Positions 10,404 to 19,899 are shown, counted from the stretch's first letter. The stretch is DNA of 64,000 bases from an uncultured Acidimicrobiales bacterium (GCA_963700995.1 CAVOZP010000006.1:69544-133543), one strand, 5' to 3'. Numbers and translations: made by a program. Notes: a model not told the origin generated them from the sequence alone.

Positions 10404-10634
10404 GTGACGGACGCGGAATGGATGAGCCAATTCGACGCCGCCGAGCAGCTCCAGATCTCGATGTGGGCGATCGGGAGCTACATCTCTACCGGTCGATTGA
10501 CTCCAGCCGAGAATCCGGCGGGTCAGGCAGGGGTTACCCGGGTGAGTGTCGACACGGAAGCCGAGTGGCGACACGGCCGCCCTCTTCACGGGCGGTTCTG
10601 GCGCCGCGTAAAGGACCAGCTTCGGATCTTCTGA
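10404..10634 (+). CDS. small helix-turn-helix protein (excisionase/MerR-like)
   Basis: VTDAEWMSQFDAAEQLQISMWAIGSYISTGRLTPAENPAGQAGVTRVSVDTEAEW resembles Xis-type HTH proteins. Start is uncertain (GTG 10404 or ATG 10422). Confidence 0.45.
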   Translation: MTDAEWMSQFDAAEQLQISMWAIGSYISTGRLTPAENPAGQAGVTRVSVDTEAEWRHGRPLHGRFWRRVKDQLRIF

Positions 10635-10739
10635 CCATCTCGGAACGTCTGGAGTGGTCAGTGCAGCCCATGGCTGTCCCATCCAGGCACTTAACACTTG
10701 CAGCATGGGGGTCTGCCGCGGATAGCGGTGACAGGTTGG

Positions 10740-10988
10740 TTATGCGGCCAGGGCGGCCGGTGGGGTCATGATGGTTTCGTATTCGGTGGGGGTCAATCGG
10801 CCGAGGGCGTCTTGGCGTCGTCGGCGGTGGTAGGTGCGTTCGATCCAGGTGATGATCGCGATGCGTAGGTCGCGCGGGTCTCCCATCGGCAGGCGGGCCT
10901 TCATCCGCTCATCGATGGCCCAGCCGACGATCCGGTTCGACCACAGATCCTTGATCGCCGACGGCCCGATCTCGGGGCACCTGATCGG
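10740..10988 (-). mobile_element. IS3-family transposase (OrfB/rve) remnant with internal deletion
   Basis: My minus-strand translation is PIRCPEIGPSAIKDLWSNRIVGWAIDERMKARLPMGDPRDLRIAIITWIERTYHRRRRQDALGRLTPTEYETIMTPPAALAA*. An early rve motif (DLWSNRIVGW) is joined directly to the typical C-terminal tail (YHRRRRQDALG.LTP.EYE). There is no start codon, and no inverted repeats were seen. Confidence 0.7.
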
Positions 10989-11525
10989 TCAGCGTGCTCG
11001 GGCCTCGACGTCGAGCTGGTGGTGCGTGTACTCGTGGGCGAGCCAGCGCAGACCGTCAGCAACGGTGCCCGCACCCCAGTCACCGTGTTCGAACGGGGTG
11101 GCGTGGTCGAGCTCCCTGCTCAAGTGCACGAAACTGGCCGTGGCCTGATCCAGTGCCCACAACGCCGGAACCGTCGGCAGGTTGCGGTAGTTCCGGGCCG
11201 CTGCGAGCACGTCGGGGTCCCAGCCGGCCAGCAGCGAGCCGGGGGTGTCCTCGATCTGCACCCAGCGCTCCGACCAACTACGAGCCAGGTCGGTCAGGTG
11301 CCAGAGGTAGGCGGTGGCGTTCCAGCCTCCATCGTCGGGGGCGACCATGCCGTCCCGATCCGCGAGAAGCGCCGCATACCGATCGGGCGCCGCCTCGATC
11401 GCATCGACTGCCGCAGCGGACTGCATTGTCCAATCGAGGGCGCAGACGTCGCATCGGTCCCGGATAGTCCCGTTGTCGATCCAGGCCAGAGCACCGTTGA
11501 GGAACGGGGAGCGGGTCGCGTCCAT
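10989..11525 (-). CDS. DinB-family (mycothiol-dependent-enzyme-like) protein
   Basis: 178 aa from ATG 11525: ..AAVDAIEAAPDRYAALL..GWNATAYLWHLTDLARSWSERW..WLAHEYTHHQLDV. The N-terminal 240 codons of track ORF 10989..12251 are Arg/Ser-rich and rejected. Confidence 0.7.
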   Translation of the reverse strand: MDATRSPFLNGALAWIDNGTIRDRCDVCALDWTMQSAAAVDAIEAAPDRYAALLADRDGMVAPDDGGWNATAYLWHLTDLARSWSERWVQIEDTPGSLLAGWDPDVLAAARNYRNLPTVPALWALDQATASFVHLSRELDHATPFEHGDWGAGTVADGLRWLAHEYTHHQLDVEARAR

Positions 11526-12028
11526 AGACCGAGTGTCGCGCACAGAACGGCCCAAGCCGAGCACTGCATAGTCCTGGCCAGCGGTGACCGACGACAACGC
11601 CGAAGCGCTCGATCCACCGCCGTCCACCGACCGCCGACATCGCTTCTCCCTCGTAGCGGGTGCCAATAACGACCGCGCGACTGTCAGATCCTCGGTGTAG
11701 GTGGTCTGGCCTGAACGCTGCACCGACATGGCTCGGCCGAAAAGGACAGACCACGATGTGACGGTGGCGACACCGTCGGACGACACGGGCCAGGAGCGGC
11801 CGGACCGGTCGCTCGCAGAGCAACTCGTCGATGAGACCCCCGCTGATCTCAAGGTCGCTGGCCGATCCGCAACGCTCCGCTCGTCTCCCAGGCCGGCCGT
11901 TCGCGACGAACGCTCACGCCCGGCCATCCCCCAACGCTCGGAACACCTTGGCGGGCAACGCGCCTCAAAGTGTCGGTCAAGGGCACCCCATATCACGCGC
12001 ACCCCGGATACTTCTGCTCCAGCTGCTT

Positions 12029-12253
12029 CTAGCGACCCGAAGTCCCCCGACCCCGGCGAAATCCGACGGCGACGAAACCGACGAATACCGCTAGTCCCAT
12101 AGCGAAGGCGCCTACCGTGAGGACGGCCTCGGCCCAGCCAGGCCACGGGTCGTCGCCAAACAGCCAGAGCCAGTAGACGCCGGCTCCGAAGGCCATCACG
12201 GCCACGGTCACTCCAATGCCGGAAGCAAGGCCCAACAGGACGTAGCGCCACAT
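12029..12253 (-). CDS. small two-helix membrane protein
   Basis: MWRYVLLGLASGIGVTVAVMAFGAGVYWLWLFGDDPWPGWAEAVLTVGAFAMGLAVFVGFVAVGF.. No family recognised. Confidence 0.45.
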   Translation of the reverse strand: MWRYVLLGLASGIGVTVAVMAFGAGVYWLWLFGDDPWPGWAEAVLTVGAFAMGLAVFVGFVAVGFRRGRGTSGR

Positions 12254-12394
12254 GGGCGCATTATCGCCGAGAACCTCGGGTGCAGGTTCGTCGGGGTGAT
12301 CGGGAGTGCCGATGCGAGCGGATGCGTCGCGGGCTGGGGGTTGGCGTTCCTGAGCGGGTGTCGCGAGCGCACGACCTGGGATTTCGTGGTGGCA

Positions 12395-12549
12395 CCAGGT
12401 AAAGCCCAGGTCCCGTCCGGTTTCCGGTGCGGGGCCTGGTGCGTTTCGGCGCTTGTCCCATCCAGGCATCCCATCCACGGCAGCGATTCGCTAGCTGGAA
12501 ATCCTCACAACTGAGGTAGGCGCTCGAGTGGGCCAGAACGCGACACGAT
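12395..12549 (+). repeat. module B repeat, copy 2
   Basis: See 3153-3307. Hairpin at 12405-12439, box TGTCCCATCCAGGCATCCCATCC, 33-mer core at 12502-12534. No tRNA-like half precedes this copy. Confidence 0.8.
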
Positions 12550-12719
12550 ATGGCTGGAAGTCCCATCGAGCCCATTCCACCTGGGCCGGTCAGCGGGCTA
12601 TCACGATTCCTCACCTGCCAACGACTCGAACACGCGTTGTGCCAGCAAGCGGCTGCTGGGCGTCTTGACCAGAGTCTCAAGTCCCTTCACGTACGCACAT
12701 GACGATGCGATGGTGATTA

Positions 12720-15176
12720 GTGGCTGACTGCTGGTGGCGGTGCCGAAAGTTGACGGGGGGTGTCGTGGTGGTTCGACGGATCGCGGTGGTGGCGGGGGTG
12801 CTGTTGTTGGCGGGTGTGCTCGCCTTTGTCGGTGGAGGTGCGGTGAGCGCCCAGGACGGCGGGGGGGATCTGTCAGGGGCCGATGCCAATGAGGGCGGCC
12901 CGGGATTTGTGCTGCCTGCGAGCCGCATCACCGCCGGCAGCCTCCATTCGTGTGCCTTGTTGAACAACGGGACGGCCCGCTGCTGGGGCGTGGGCGATGT
13001 GCTCGGGTATGGGAACACCGAGTCGATCGGTGATGACGAGGTGCCGGCCTCGGCAGGGCCGGTTGATCTGGGCGTTGGCCGTACCGCCACCGCCATCAGC
13101 GCCGGCGGCTCATTGAATGGCCATTCGTGCGCCTTGTTGGACAACGGGACAGTCCGCTGCTGGGGCAGCGCCTTCTCTGGTGAGCTGGGCTATGGCAACA
13201 CCGACTGGATTGGGGATGACGAGGTGCCGGGTTCGGTGGGGCCGGTCGATCTGGGTGCGGGTCGCACGGCGACCGCTATCGCGGCGGGCGGGGACCATTC
13301 GTGTGCGTTGTTGGACAACGGAACGGTCCGTTGCTGGGGCCGCGGTGACAGCGGTCAGCTCGGCTACGGCAACACCGACTGGATTGGTGACAACGAGACA
13401 CCGGGTTCGGTGGGGCCGGTCGATCTGGGCATGGGCCGCACCGCCGTCGCGATCACCGCCGGCAGCAGTCATACATGTGCGGTGCTCGATGATGGGACGG
13501 TCCGCTGCTGGGGTGCCGGCATTTCCGGCAAGCTGGGCTATGGCAACACGAGCGACATCGGCGACAACGAAACCCCTGGCAGCGTTGGGCCCGTCGACCT
13601 CGGCTCTGGCCGCACGGCTCTGGCGGTCACTGCTGGTGGCAGCCACACGTGTGCGTTGTTGGACAACGGAACGGTTCGCTGCTGGGGTGAGGCCGGCGAC
13701 AGCACCACCCCCAGTGGGGCGCTCGGGTATGGCAACACGAACGACATCGGCGACGACGAGACCCCCGGCAGCGTAGGTCCTGTCACCCTTGGCCCTGGCC
13801 GGACGGCCGTAGCGGTCACCGCCGGTCTGTCTCATACGTGCGCCTTGTTGGATGACGGCAACGTTCGCTGCTGGGGTGCCAACTTCAATGGTGAGCTGGG
13901 CTATGGCAACACGAACGTCATCGGCGATGACGAGACCCCCGACAGCGTAGGTCCCGTCAGCCTTGGCCCTGGCCGGACGGCAGTAGCGATCACTGCCGGT
14001 GCTTCTCAGACGTGCGCTGTTCTGGATGACGGCACTGTTCGCTGCTGGGGCTACGGCCTTTACGGAGCACTGGGTTATGGCAACACGAACAACATCGGCG
14101 ACAACGAGACCCCGGGTTCGGTGGGGCCGGTTGACCTGGGCGGGCTCTTGGTGGAGGACACTGACGGAGACGGGGTGGCCGACGTCTCGGACAACTGCCC
14201 GGCGGTGGCCAACGCGAACCAGCTCGACACTGACGGTGACGGCGCTGGCGATGTGTGTGACGCTGATGACGACAACGACGGTGTGGCCGACGTCTCGGAC
14301 AACTGTCGCGTTGTGAAGAACGCCGATCAGGCCAACAACGACGGTGACAGCCTGGGCGACGTGTGTGACCCTGATGATGACAACGACGGGGTGGCCGACG
14401 GTGTCGACAACTGTCCGTTGACTGCGAATCCCGCCCAGTCCGATGTCGATGGTGACGGCCCCGGCGACGTATGCGACTCGATCGACAATCGTCGAAACCG
14501 GATCTTTGTCACCAACGTGATCCAGTCCGGGCCTGCCGAATACGACTTCGTGTTCGGCAACGCATTCGAAGAACTGTTCACTGGTGACTGGGACGGCAAC
14601 GGTCACGACGGCTTCGCCCGGCGGCTGGGGAGAACCATCGTCGAAGTCGATGAACGCGGCCGAGCGATCCGCAGGATCACCTTCGGCACCGCCACTGACA
14701 TGTTGTACCGGGTCGGTGACTGGGACGGCGACAACATCGACACGTTCGCGGTTCAACGGGGCAACGTCTTCTTCGTGACCAATTCGCCGACCGGCGGCCC
14801 CGGGCCCGCTCCCATCGGGTACGGGAGGGCCGGCGATGAGGTCTTCGTTGGCGACTGGAACGGCAACGGCCAAGACACCTTCGCGGTGCGCCGCGGCAAC
14901 GTCTTCTATGTCCGCAACTCGGTCACCACCGGGCCGGCCGACATTGTGTTCGGCTACGGGAGGGCCGGCGACGAGGTGCTGATCGGGGACTGGGACCAAG
15001 ATGGCGTCGACACGTTCGCGGTGCGCCGCGGCAATGTGATCTTCATCCGCAACGATTTCCAGACCGGGATCGCCGAGACCGTCATCGGCTATGGCAGAGC
15101 CGCCGACACGCTGTTGGTTGGCGACTGGAACGGCGACAACGTCGATACCTTCGCCGTGCAGCGCAGAGAACTCTGA
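12720..15176 (+). CDS. secreted RCC1-repeat / thrombospondin-type-3 Ca-binding repeat / FG-GAP-like repeat protein
   Basis: Signal-like RRIAVVAGVLLLAGVLAFVGGGAVSAQ. About 8 RCC1-type blades (HSCALLDNGTVRCWG..G.LGYGNT..IGD.E.PGSVGPVDLG.GRTA). About 5 DxDGDGxxDxxDNC units. Five C-terminal GDW(D/N)G.G.DTFAVRRGN.F units. Confidence 0.85.
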   Translation: MADCWWRCRKLTGGVVVVRRIAVVAGVLLLAGVLAFVGGGAVSAQDGGGDLSGADANEGGPGFVLPASRITAGSLHSCALLNNGTARCWGVGDVLGYGNTESIGDDEVPASAGPVDLGVGRTATAISAGGSLNGHSCALLDNGTVRCWGSAFSGELGYGNTDWIGDDEVPGSVGPVDLGAGRTATAIAAGGDHSCALLDNGTVRCWGRGDSGQLGYGNTDWIGDNETPGSVGPVDLGMGRTAVAITAGSSHTCAVLDDGTVRCWGAGISGKLGYGNTSDIGDNETPGSVGPVDLGSGRTALAVTAGGSHTCALLDNGTVRCWGEAGDSTTPSGALGYGNTNDIGDDETPGSVGPVTLGPGRTAVAVTAGLSHTCALLDDGNVRCWGANFNGELGYGNTNVIGDDETPDSVGPVSLGPGRTAVAITAGASQTCAVLDDGTVRCWGYGLYGALGYGNTNNIGDNETPGSVGPVDLGGLLVEDTDGDGVADVSDNCPAVANANQLDTDGDGAGDVCDADDDNDGVADVSDNCRVVKNADQANNDGDSLGDVCDPDDDNDGVADGVDNCPLTANPAQSDVDGDGPGDVCDSIDNRRNRIFVTNVIQSGPAEYDFVFGNAFEELFTGDWDGNGHDGFARRLGRTIVEVDERGRAIRRITFGTATDMLYRVGDWDGDNIDTFAVQRGNVFFVTNSPTGGPGPAPIGYGRAGDEVFVGDWNGNGQDTFAVRRGNVFYVRNSVTTGPADIVFGYGRAGDEVLIGDWDQDGVDTFAVRRGNVIFIRNDFQTGIAETVIGYGRAADTLLVGDWNGDNVDTFAVQRREL

Positions 15177-15412
15177 ACACCGCAATCGACAGTGGCCAAG
15201 GTGACGGCGCCGATGCTCGCGGACTACTAGGCGGGTGGCGCCGAGGTTGGTGACGTCGCGGATCTCGGCCGGTAGGGAGTTTGAGCGCCCTGGAGTCGAC
15301 CGTCCTCCGGTCCGTGTCGGTCGGGTCGGTTCAGCAGAAGCCGCCAAAGATGAGGCAGCCCGCTCGGCCGCTGACGATTGTGGCAATGGCATGAACGTGG
15401 CATAATTATGGC

Positions 15413-15653
15413 ATGGCTCGTACTCGACTCAGCACCACCGTGGACGGCGAACTCCTCGAGACGGCACGAAGGGTGCGGACGGGCGGGACCGACGCCGAGC
15501 TCATCGATGAAGCATTGCGGGCACTGGTTGCGCGCTATCGCGCCGCGGAGATCGATGGAGCCTACGATGCCCGCGTACCGCGCTCATCCCATCGACGAGC
15601 CAGACGAGTGGGGCGATCTCGCATCGTTCCGCGACGCATCGGCAGCGACATGA
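15413..15653 (+). CDS. ribbon-helix-helix type II antitoxin (MazE-like), frame broken near 15565-15575
   Basis: [48 protein letters not shown] / [26 protein letters not shown]. The stop overlaps the toxin ATG (ATGA at 15650-15653). Confidence 0.65.
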
Positions 15654-15978
15654 CGGATCTGCCGAGGCGCGGCGAGCTGTGGTGGTGCGAACCACCCGAG
15701 ATTGGCCGACGACCTGTGGTGGTGCTGTCGCGCGATGTTGTCATCCCAATGATGAGGCGCGCGCTCTGATCGCGCCGTGCACGACGACCATTCGAGGTTT
15801 GCCGAGCGAAGTCGTCCTCGAACCTGGCGACGAGCCGATCGGACGTCGAAGCGCCGTCAACCTCGACTCGGTCGAATCGGTGTCGATCGCCGTGCTCGTC
15901 GAGCGAATCGGCGCGCTCAGCGGAGAGCGTATGCGTCAGATCTGTGGCGCGCTGGAAGTCGCGACCGATTGCGAATGA
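15650..15978 (+). CDS. mazF: MazF/PemK-family endoribonuclease toxin, frame broken near 15745-15765
   Basis: [33 protein letters not shown].. / ..[66 protein letters not shown]. Confidence 0.75.
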
Positions 15979-15991
15979 CGACTTGGTTCCC

Positions 15992-16250
15992 CGGGCACGA
16001 TCTCATCCCATCCGCCATCCCATCTGCTGCACGGGTTCCGCGTCACCAGCCGGACGGGGCAACACTGGATCACACGGTTTCGCAGCCCCTGGGCAGTTGT
16101 CGGTGTCTTGCCAAGGTTGAGGTCGCCGGTTCGAACCCGGTCATCCGCTCGCAAATACGCAGGTCACGGCCACTTTTGGCCGTGACCTGACGCGTGGGCA
16201 GATTGGCGTCATCCCATCCGCGTAACTTGACACCTGCAACATGGCGCCGC
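15992..16250 (+). repeat. tRNA-Gly(GCC) 3'-half-containing repeat, copy 3 (long form)
   Basis: Collinear with copy 2: box from 16004, tRNA-like half 16107-16149, hairpin, single downstream box TCATCCCATCCGCGTAACTTGACA. Begins about 14 nt after the MazF stop. Confidence 0.85.
16160..16189 (+). terminator. perfect 13-bp hairpin after tRNA-like end
   Basis: Same CAGGTCACGGCCA CTTT TGGCCGTGACCTG as at 9906-9935. Confidence 0.6.
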
Positions 16251-16306
16251 GTCGAGCGTGTCATGCTGGCGCATGACCAGCTGGTTCCACGAGAAGGCTC
16301 GCAATC

Positions 16307-17927
16307 GTGGCGATGCCTGATCAGCTCTACGAACGATTGGCAACAGCACTCCGGCAAGCCGGATGCACAGCCTTGTTCGGTCTCCCCGGTGGCGGTCCGA
16401 ACCTCGACGTCGTCGGTGCTGCACTGCAGGAAGGGATCGAGTTCGTGCTCGCCCACGGCGAAACCGAGGCCGCGATCATGGCGGGCACCTACGGGCTGTT
16501 GACCGGCACTCCCGGCGCAGTGGTCGCGACACGTGGCCCAGGCGCCACGTCGCTCGCAAACGGAGTCGCCCAGGCAACACTCGACCGCTTCCCGCTGGTC
16601 GCGATCACCGACACCGTTCCCGCTGCACAGTCTTCGAGAGTTGCTCATCAGCGGATCGATCAACGATCGTTCTTTGCGCCGATTTCGAAGACGAGCGCAA
16701 CGATCGGGCAACACGCCAGCGTGCAGCACCTCACGGAGTTGATCAACGAATCGACCCTCTGGCCGTACGGCACAGTCCACCTCGACTACGACCCCACCGA
16801 CACCACACCTCGGCGCGACCGCTCCCGGAACCGTGTGGTTCGTGAACCGACGACAAGTGACATTGCGGCGGCCACCGAGCTGCTCGCGCGAGCCGCCACC
16901 CCTGTCGTCGTGCTTGGTGCCGAAGCCGTCCCGCACGCAGCGGCGCTGCGGCCGCTTCTCGAACGAGCCGGCGCTCCGGTTCTCGACCACCTATCGCGCC
17001 GTCGGTGCGGTGCCGACCGAGGGCTTTCTCAACGCCGGTCTGTTCACGAACGGCAAGCTCGAGTCCGCAGTCCTCGGTGACGCCGACCTGATCGTCACCG
17101 TCGGACTGGATCTCGTCGAACCGATCCCTCGACGATGGGGCTACGACGCTCCGGTGATTCGGGTTTCTGCGGTTGACCAGGTCGACGATTACCTACCTGC
17201 CACGGTCGATCTCGTCGGTGCAATCGAGTCGACCTGCAAGGAGCTGTTCGGTCGCGTTGCCCCAGGTGCTGCTCGCGCCCAACCCAGGTACGCATCCGAC
17301 GCACGCGAAGCGGGGCGTCGGCAGATCCGCCAATGCGACACCACCGCGTTCGGACCCACCACGCTGGTCGATGCCGTGGCCAAAGCCCACCCTCGAGACT
17401 CCATCGTCACGGTGGACGCCGGGGCGCACTTTCTTGCGGTGATGCCGCTCTGGAGCGTCGACCGGCCGAACAGGCTGCTGATCTCGAATGGGCTGGCCAC
17501 CATGGGATTCGCGGTACCTGCGGCGATCGGGGCCGCAATTGCCACTCCCGGATGCAACGTGATCGTGTTCACCGGAGACGGCGGCATGTCGATGATGCTC
17601 GCTGAGCTCGAGACGATCGCCCGACTACAACTGCCGATCACCGTCGTGGTGTTCAACGACGCGACGCTCAGCCTGATCAAGATCAAACAGACGGCCCGAC
17701 ATGGCGGCCACCGGTCCGTCAGCTACGCCCCGGTCGACTTCGCCAAGATTGCCGAAGCAAGCGGTCTACGAGGCGTCGTGGTGACATCGTCAGACGAACT
17801 CGACGCCGAACTGGCACTTCACAAATGGGGAGAACCGCGTGTGATCGACGCACGAATCGACCCATCCGCCTATCCGGCAATCATCGACGCGACCCGTGGC
17901 GCGACCAGCCGGGGCGCATCGGCATGA
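16307..17927 (+). CDS. thiamine-diphosphate-dependent enzyme (acetolactate synthase large-subunit-like), frame broken near 16980
   Basis: N-terminal ..LFGLPGGGPNLDVV..VLAHGETEAAIMAGTYG..ATRGPGATSLANGV.. ThDP motif ..VFTGDGGMSMMLAELETIARLQLPITVVVFNDATLSLI in track ORF 16833..17927. Confidence 0.8.
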
Positions 17928-17958
17928 GTCCGAAGCGGCGAGTCGGTTGGGCGTGGCT

Positions 17959-19899
17959 TCACTCGGGAAGCTCCATGACGTACACGTCCTGTTGTCCGTT
18001 GGTGTCGCCGTCGACCAGCCCGCTCGACGTCGAGAAGGTCGCCGAACGGCCGTCGCCGCTCAGCTCGAGCCGATCGAGCCCGAGCGAGTTACTCAGTTGA
18101 ACGGTGCTGCCGTCGAGAGTGTCCAGGACGAGGCTCTGTCCATTTTGAGTGGCCATCGCGATGTAACGACCGTCGGAGCTGATCGAGCTGGGTGAGGTCC
18201 AGAAGTCGGGTGCGAGCTCCAGAATCATCGTGTACTCGCCGATCGACCGGTCGTACACGAAGATGTCGTAGAAGCCGTTTACGTCATCGGGCACGAGACC
18301 TGGTGTGAATGACGGAAACACGAACCGCTCACCGTCGGGGTAGGGGAGGAGGCCGCCCTCCACGTCGGGAATACCGTCGAGTTTCGTGACGCTCCCCGTG
18401 TCGCGTTCGAAGATGAAGGCTCTGCTGTGGAGCTCGGATGTCACGACAAGGGAGCCATCGGGGGTCACCGCTGGTGGCGACACGCTTGCCCCCTCTCGCG
18501 TCATGTCGAATTCGGCGACCAGGGTGGTGGCGCCCGTCGTGGTGTCGTGGACCCAAACTGTATATACCGGCGGACGACCGTCCTCCCCCTGGGCAGCGGG
18601 GACGCCGCCCGGAGCAAGTTGGCCCCCGGGGTAGGTTGCGTAGGCGATGAGGGTGCCGTCGTCGCTCATATCGGGGTCGATGCTTTCTGACGGATGTTCC
18701 TGACCGTTGGGCATGAAGCTGATGTAACTGTTGCGTCCGGTCTCACGATCGTGGAGGTAGATGTCGCCGGGGCTTGTCTGTTCGTAGTCGGGATCGAGGT
18801 TTGTGGCGTCGGATGCAAACGCGATGTAGCGGCCATCTGCGGAGATCTGGGGGTCATGGCTGGCTCCCTCGGCCTCTTCGACTCGGTCGCCGAACACGAC
18901 TTGGCTGACTCGGGTGGTTTCGCCGGTCTCTCGGTCGTGGACGAACACGTCCCTGTTCCCGTTGGTGTCGCCGTCGACCAGGTTCGATGCCATCGAGTCG
19001 AATGCGACGTACCGGCCGTCGGCCGAGATGACCGGGTTGACGCTGTGGCCGTCACCCTGGGTCCCGTCGCTGGCGACGCTGACTCGGAATATCGTTTCGT
19101 TTTCGGCGGCCCCGAGTGCGGATTCGTCGCCCTGCTCGGAGACCAGTGGTTCGCTGCCGCCGGGTTCCTCCGAGACCAGCGGTTCACCCTCACCCGGTTG
19201 CTCGGCAACCAGCGGTTCACTTTCACCTGCAACGTCGACGGTTGCACGCTCGCTCGACCCCTGGTCGTTGCCCGCCAGAATCAAGCCGATACCAACGCCT
19301 CCGGCAACCAGAGCCGCGGCCGCCAGGCCAACGAGCGCAGTTCGAGGGATCCGGAGCTTCCGCCGCGAACGTCTTGGCGATGGGGCAGCGGGCGGCGCGA
19401 TACCGCGCTCGGCCAACATCGAACCGACCATGCCCTGCAACGAAACGGCGTGATCAGCGATCGATCCGGGGAACAGGTCGATCCACTGGGCGAGACGCAA
19501 CAGGTAGTTCAGGGTGCCGGTCGGGGCTACGTCCTCGACTCGGACCGGTAGCAGTGGCTTGGCTCGCTCCACCGCCAGATCGACCTCACGGGCGACATGC
19601 GCTGAGCCGCTCGCGTTCGCCGAGACGACGATCAGCATCACGTCGCACGATTCGATCGCTGCTTCGATCTGTTCGGGCCACGGTGTGGGGCCGGCGACAT
19701 CGTCAGGAGCCATCCAACAGGCAAATCCACCTGCTTCGAGATGGGCCCGAATCTCGCGGGCCAGGCCGTCGTCGGTCTTCTCGTGACTGATGAACACCAC
19801 ACCAGGGCGCAACGGCGACACGGGCGACGGCTGATCGCTCGGCGTGTGTGGCACTGCGTGTGGGCGCGAGATCTGCTCGGTGGGGTTGGAGTCGTCCAT
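17959..19899 (-). CDS. TIR domain - TM helix - PD40/TolB-type beta-propeller protein (TIR-A)
   Basis: From ATG 19899: TIR-like VVFISHEKTDDGLAREIRAHLEAGGFACWMAPDDV..VMLIVVSANASGSAHVAREVDLAV. TM helix TALVGLAAAALVAGGVGIGLILAG. Three 12-aa linker repeats. Propeller repeats SADGRYVAFDS, SADGRYIAFAS, SDDGTLIAYAT, SSDGRYIAMAT with DGDTNG..DV(F/Y)V. The 308 upstream codons of the track ORF overlap TIR-B and are rejected. Confidence 0.8.
   Translation of the reverse strand: MDDSNPTEQISRPHAVPHTPSDQPSPVSPLRPGVVFISHEKTDDGLAREIRAHLEAGGFACWMAPDDVAGPTPWPEQIEAAIESCDVMLIVVSANASGSAHVAREVDLAVERAKPLLPVRVEDVAPTGTLNYLLRLAQWIDLFPGSIADHAVSLQGMVGSMLAERGIAPPAAPSPRRSRRKLRIPRTALVGLAAAALVAGGVGIGLILAGNDQGSSERATVDVAGESEPLVAEQPGEGEPLVSEEPGGSEPLVSEQGDESALGAAENETIFRVSVASDGTQGDGHSVNPVISADGRYVAFDSMASNLVDGDTNGNRDVFVHDRETGETTRVSQVVFGDRVEEAEGASHDPQISADGRYIAFASDATNLDPDYEQTSPGDIYLHDRETGRNSYISFMPNGQEHPSESIDPDMSDDGTLIAYATYPGGQLAPGGVPAAQGEDGRPPVYTVWVHDTTTGATTLVAEFDMTREGASVSPPAVTPDGSLVVTSELHSRAFIFERDTGSVTKLDGIPDVEGGLLPYPDGERFVFPSFTPGLVPDDVNGFYDIFVYDRSIGEYTMILELAPDFWTSPSSISSDGRYIAMATQNGQSLVLDTLDGSTVQLSNSLGLDRLELSGDGRSATFSTSSGLVDGDTNGQQDVYVMELPE
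19129..19227. repeat. 36-nt x about 3 in-frame tandem repeat in the TIR-A linker
   Basis: Encodes GESEPLVAEQPG / EGEPLVSEEPG / GSEPLVSEQGD. Coordinates derived by codon counting from 19899. Confidence 0.7.

Noticed and set aside
9789-10706. 305-aa minus-strand ORF spanning repeat copy 2
   Set aside because: It reads through the tRNA-like repeat (the MTGFEPATSTLAR signature is the reverse translation of a T arm) and through the hairpin. The rest is low-complexity.
13110-15392. 760-aa ORF antisense to the RCC1/TSP3 gene
   Set aside because: It is Arg/Ala/Gly/Pro/Val-rich with no motifs. The opposite strand carries highly regular, recognisable repeats. This is the typical GC-rich antisense artefact.
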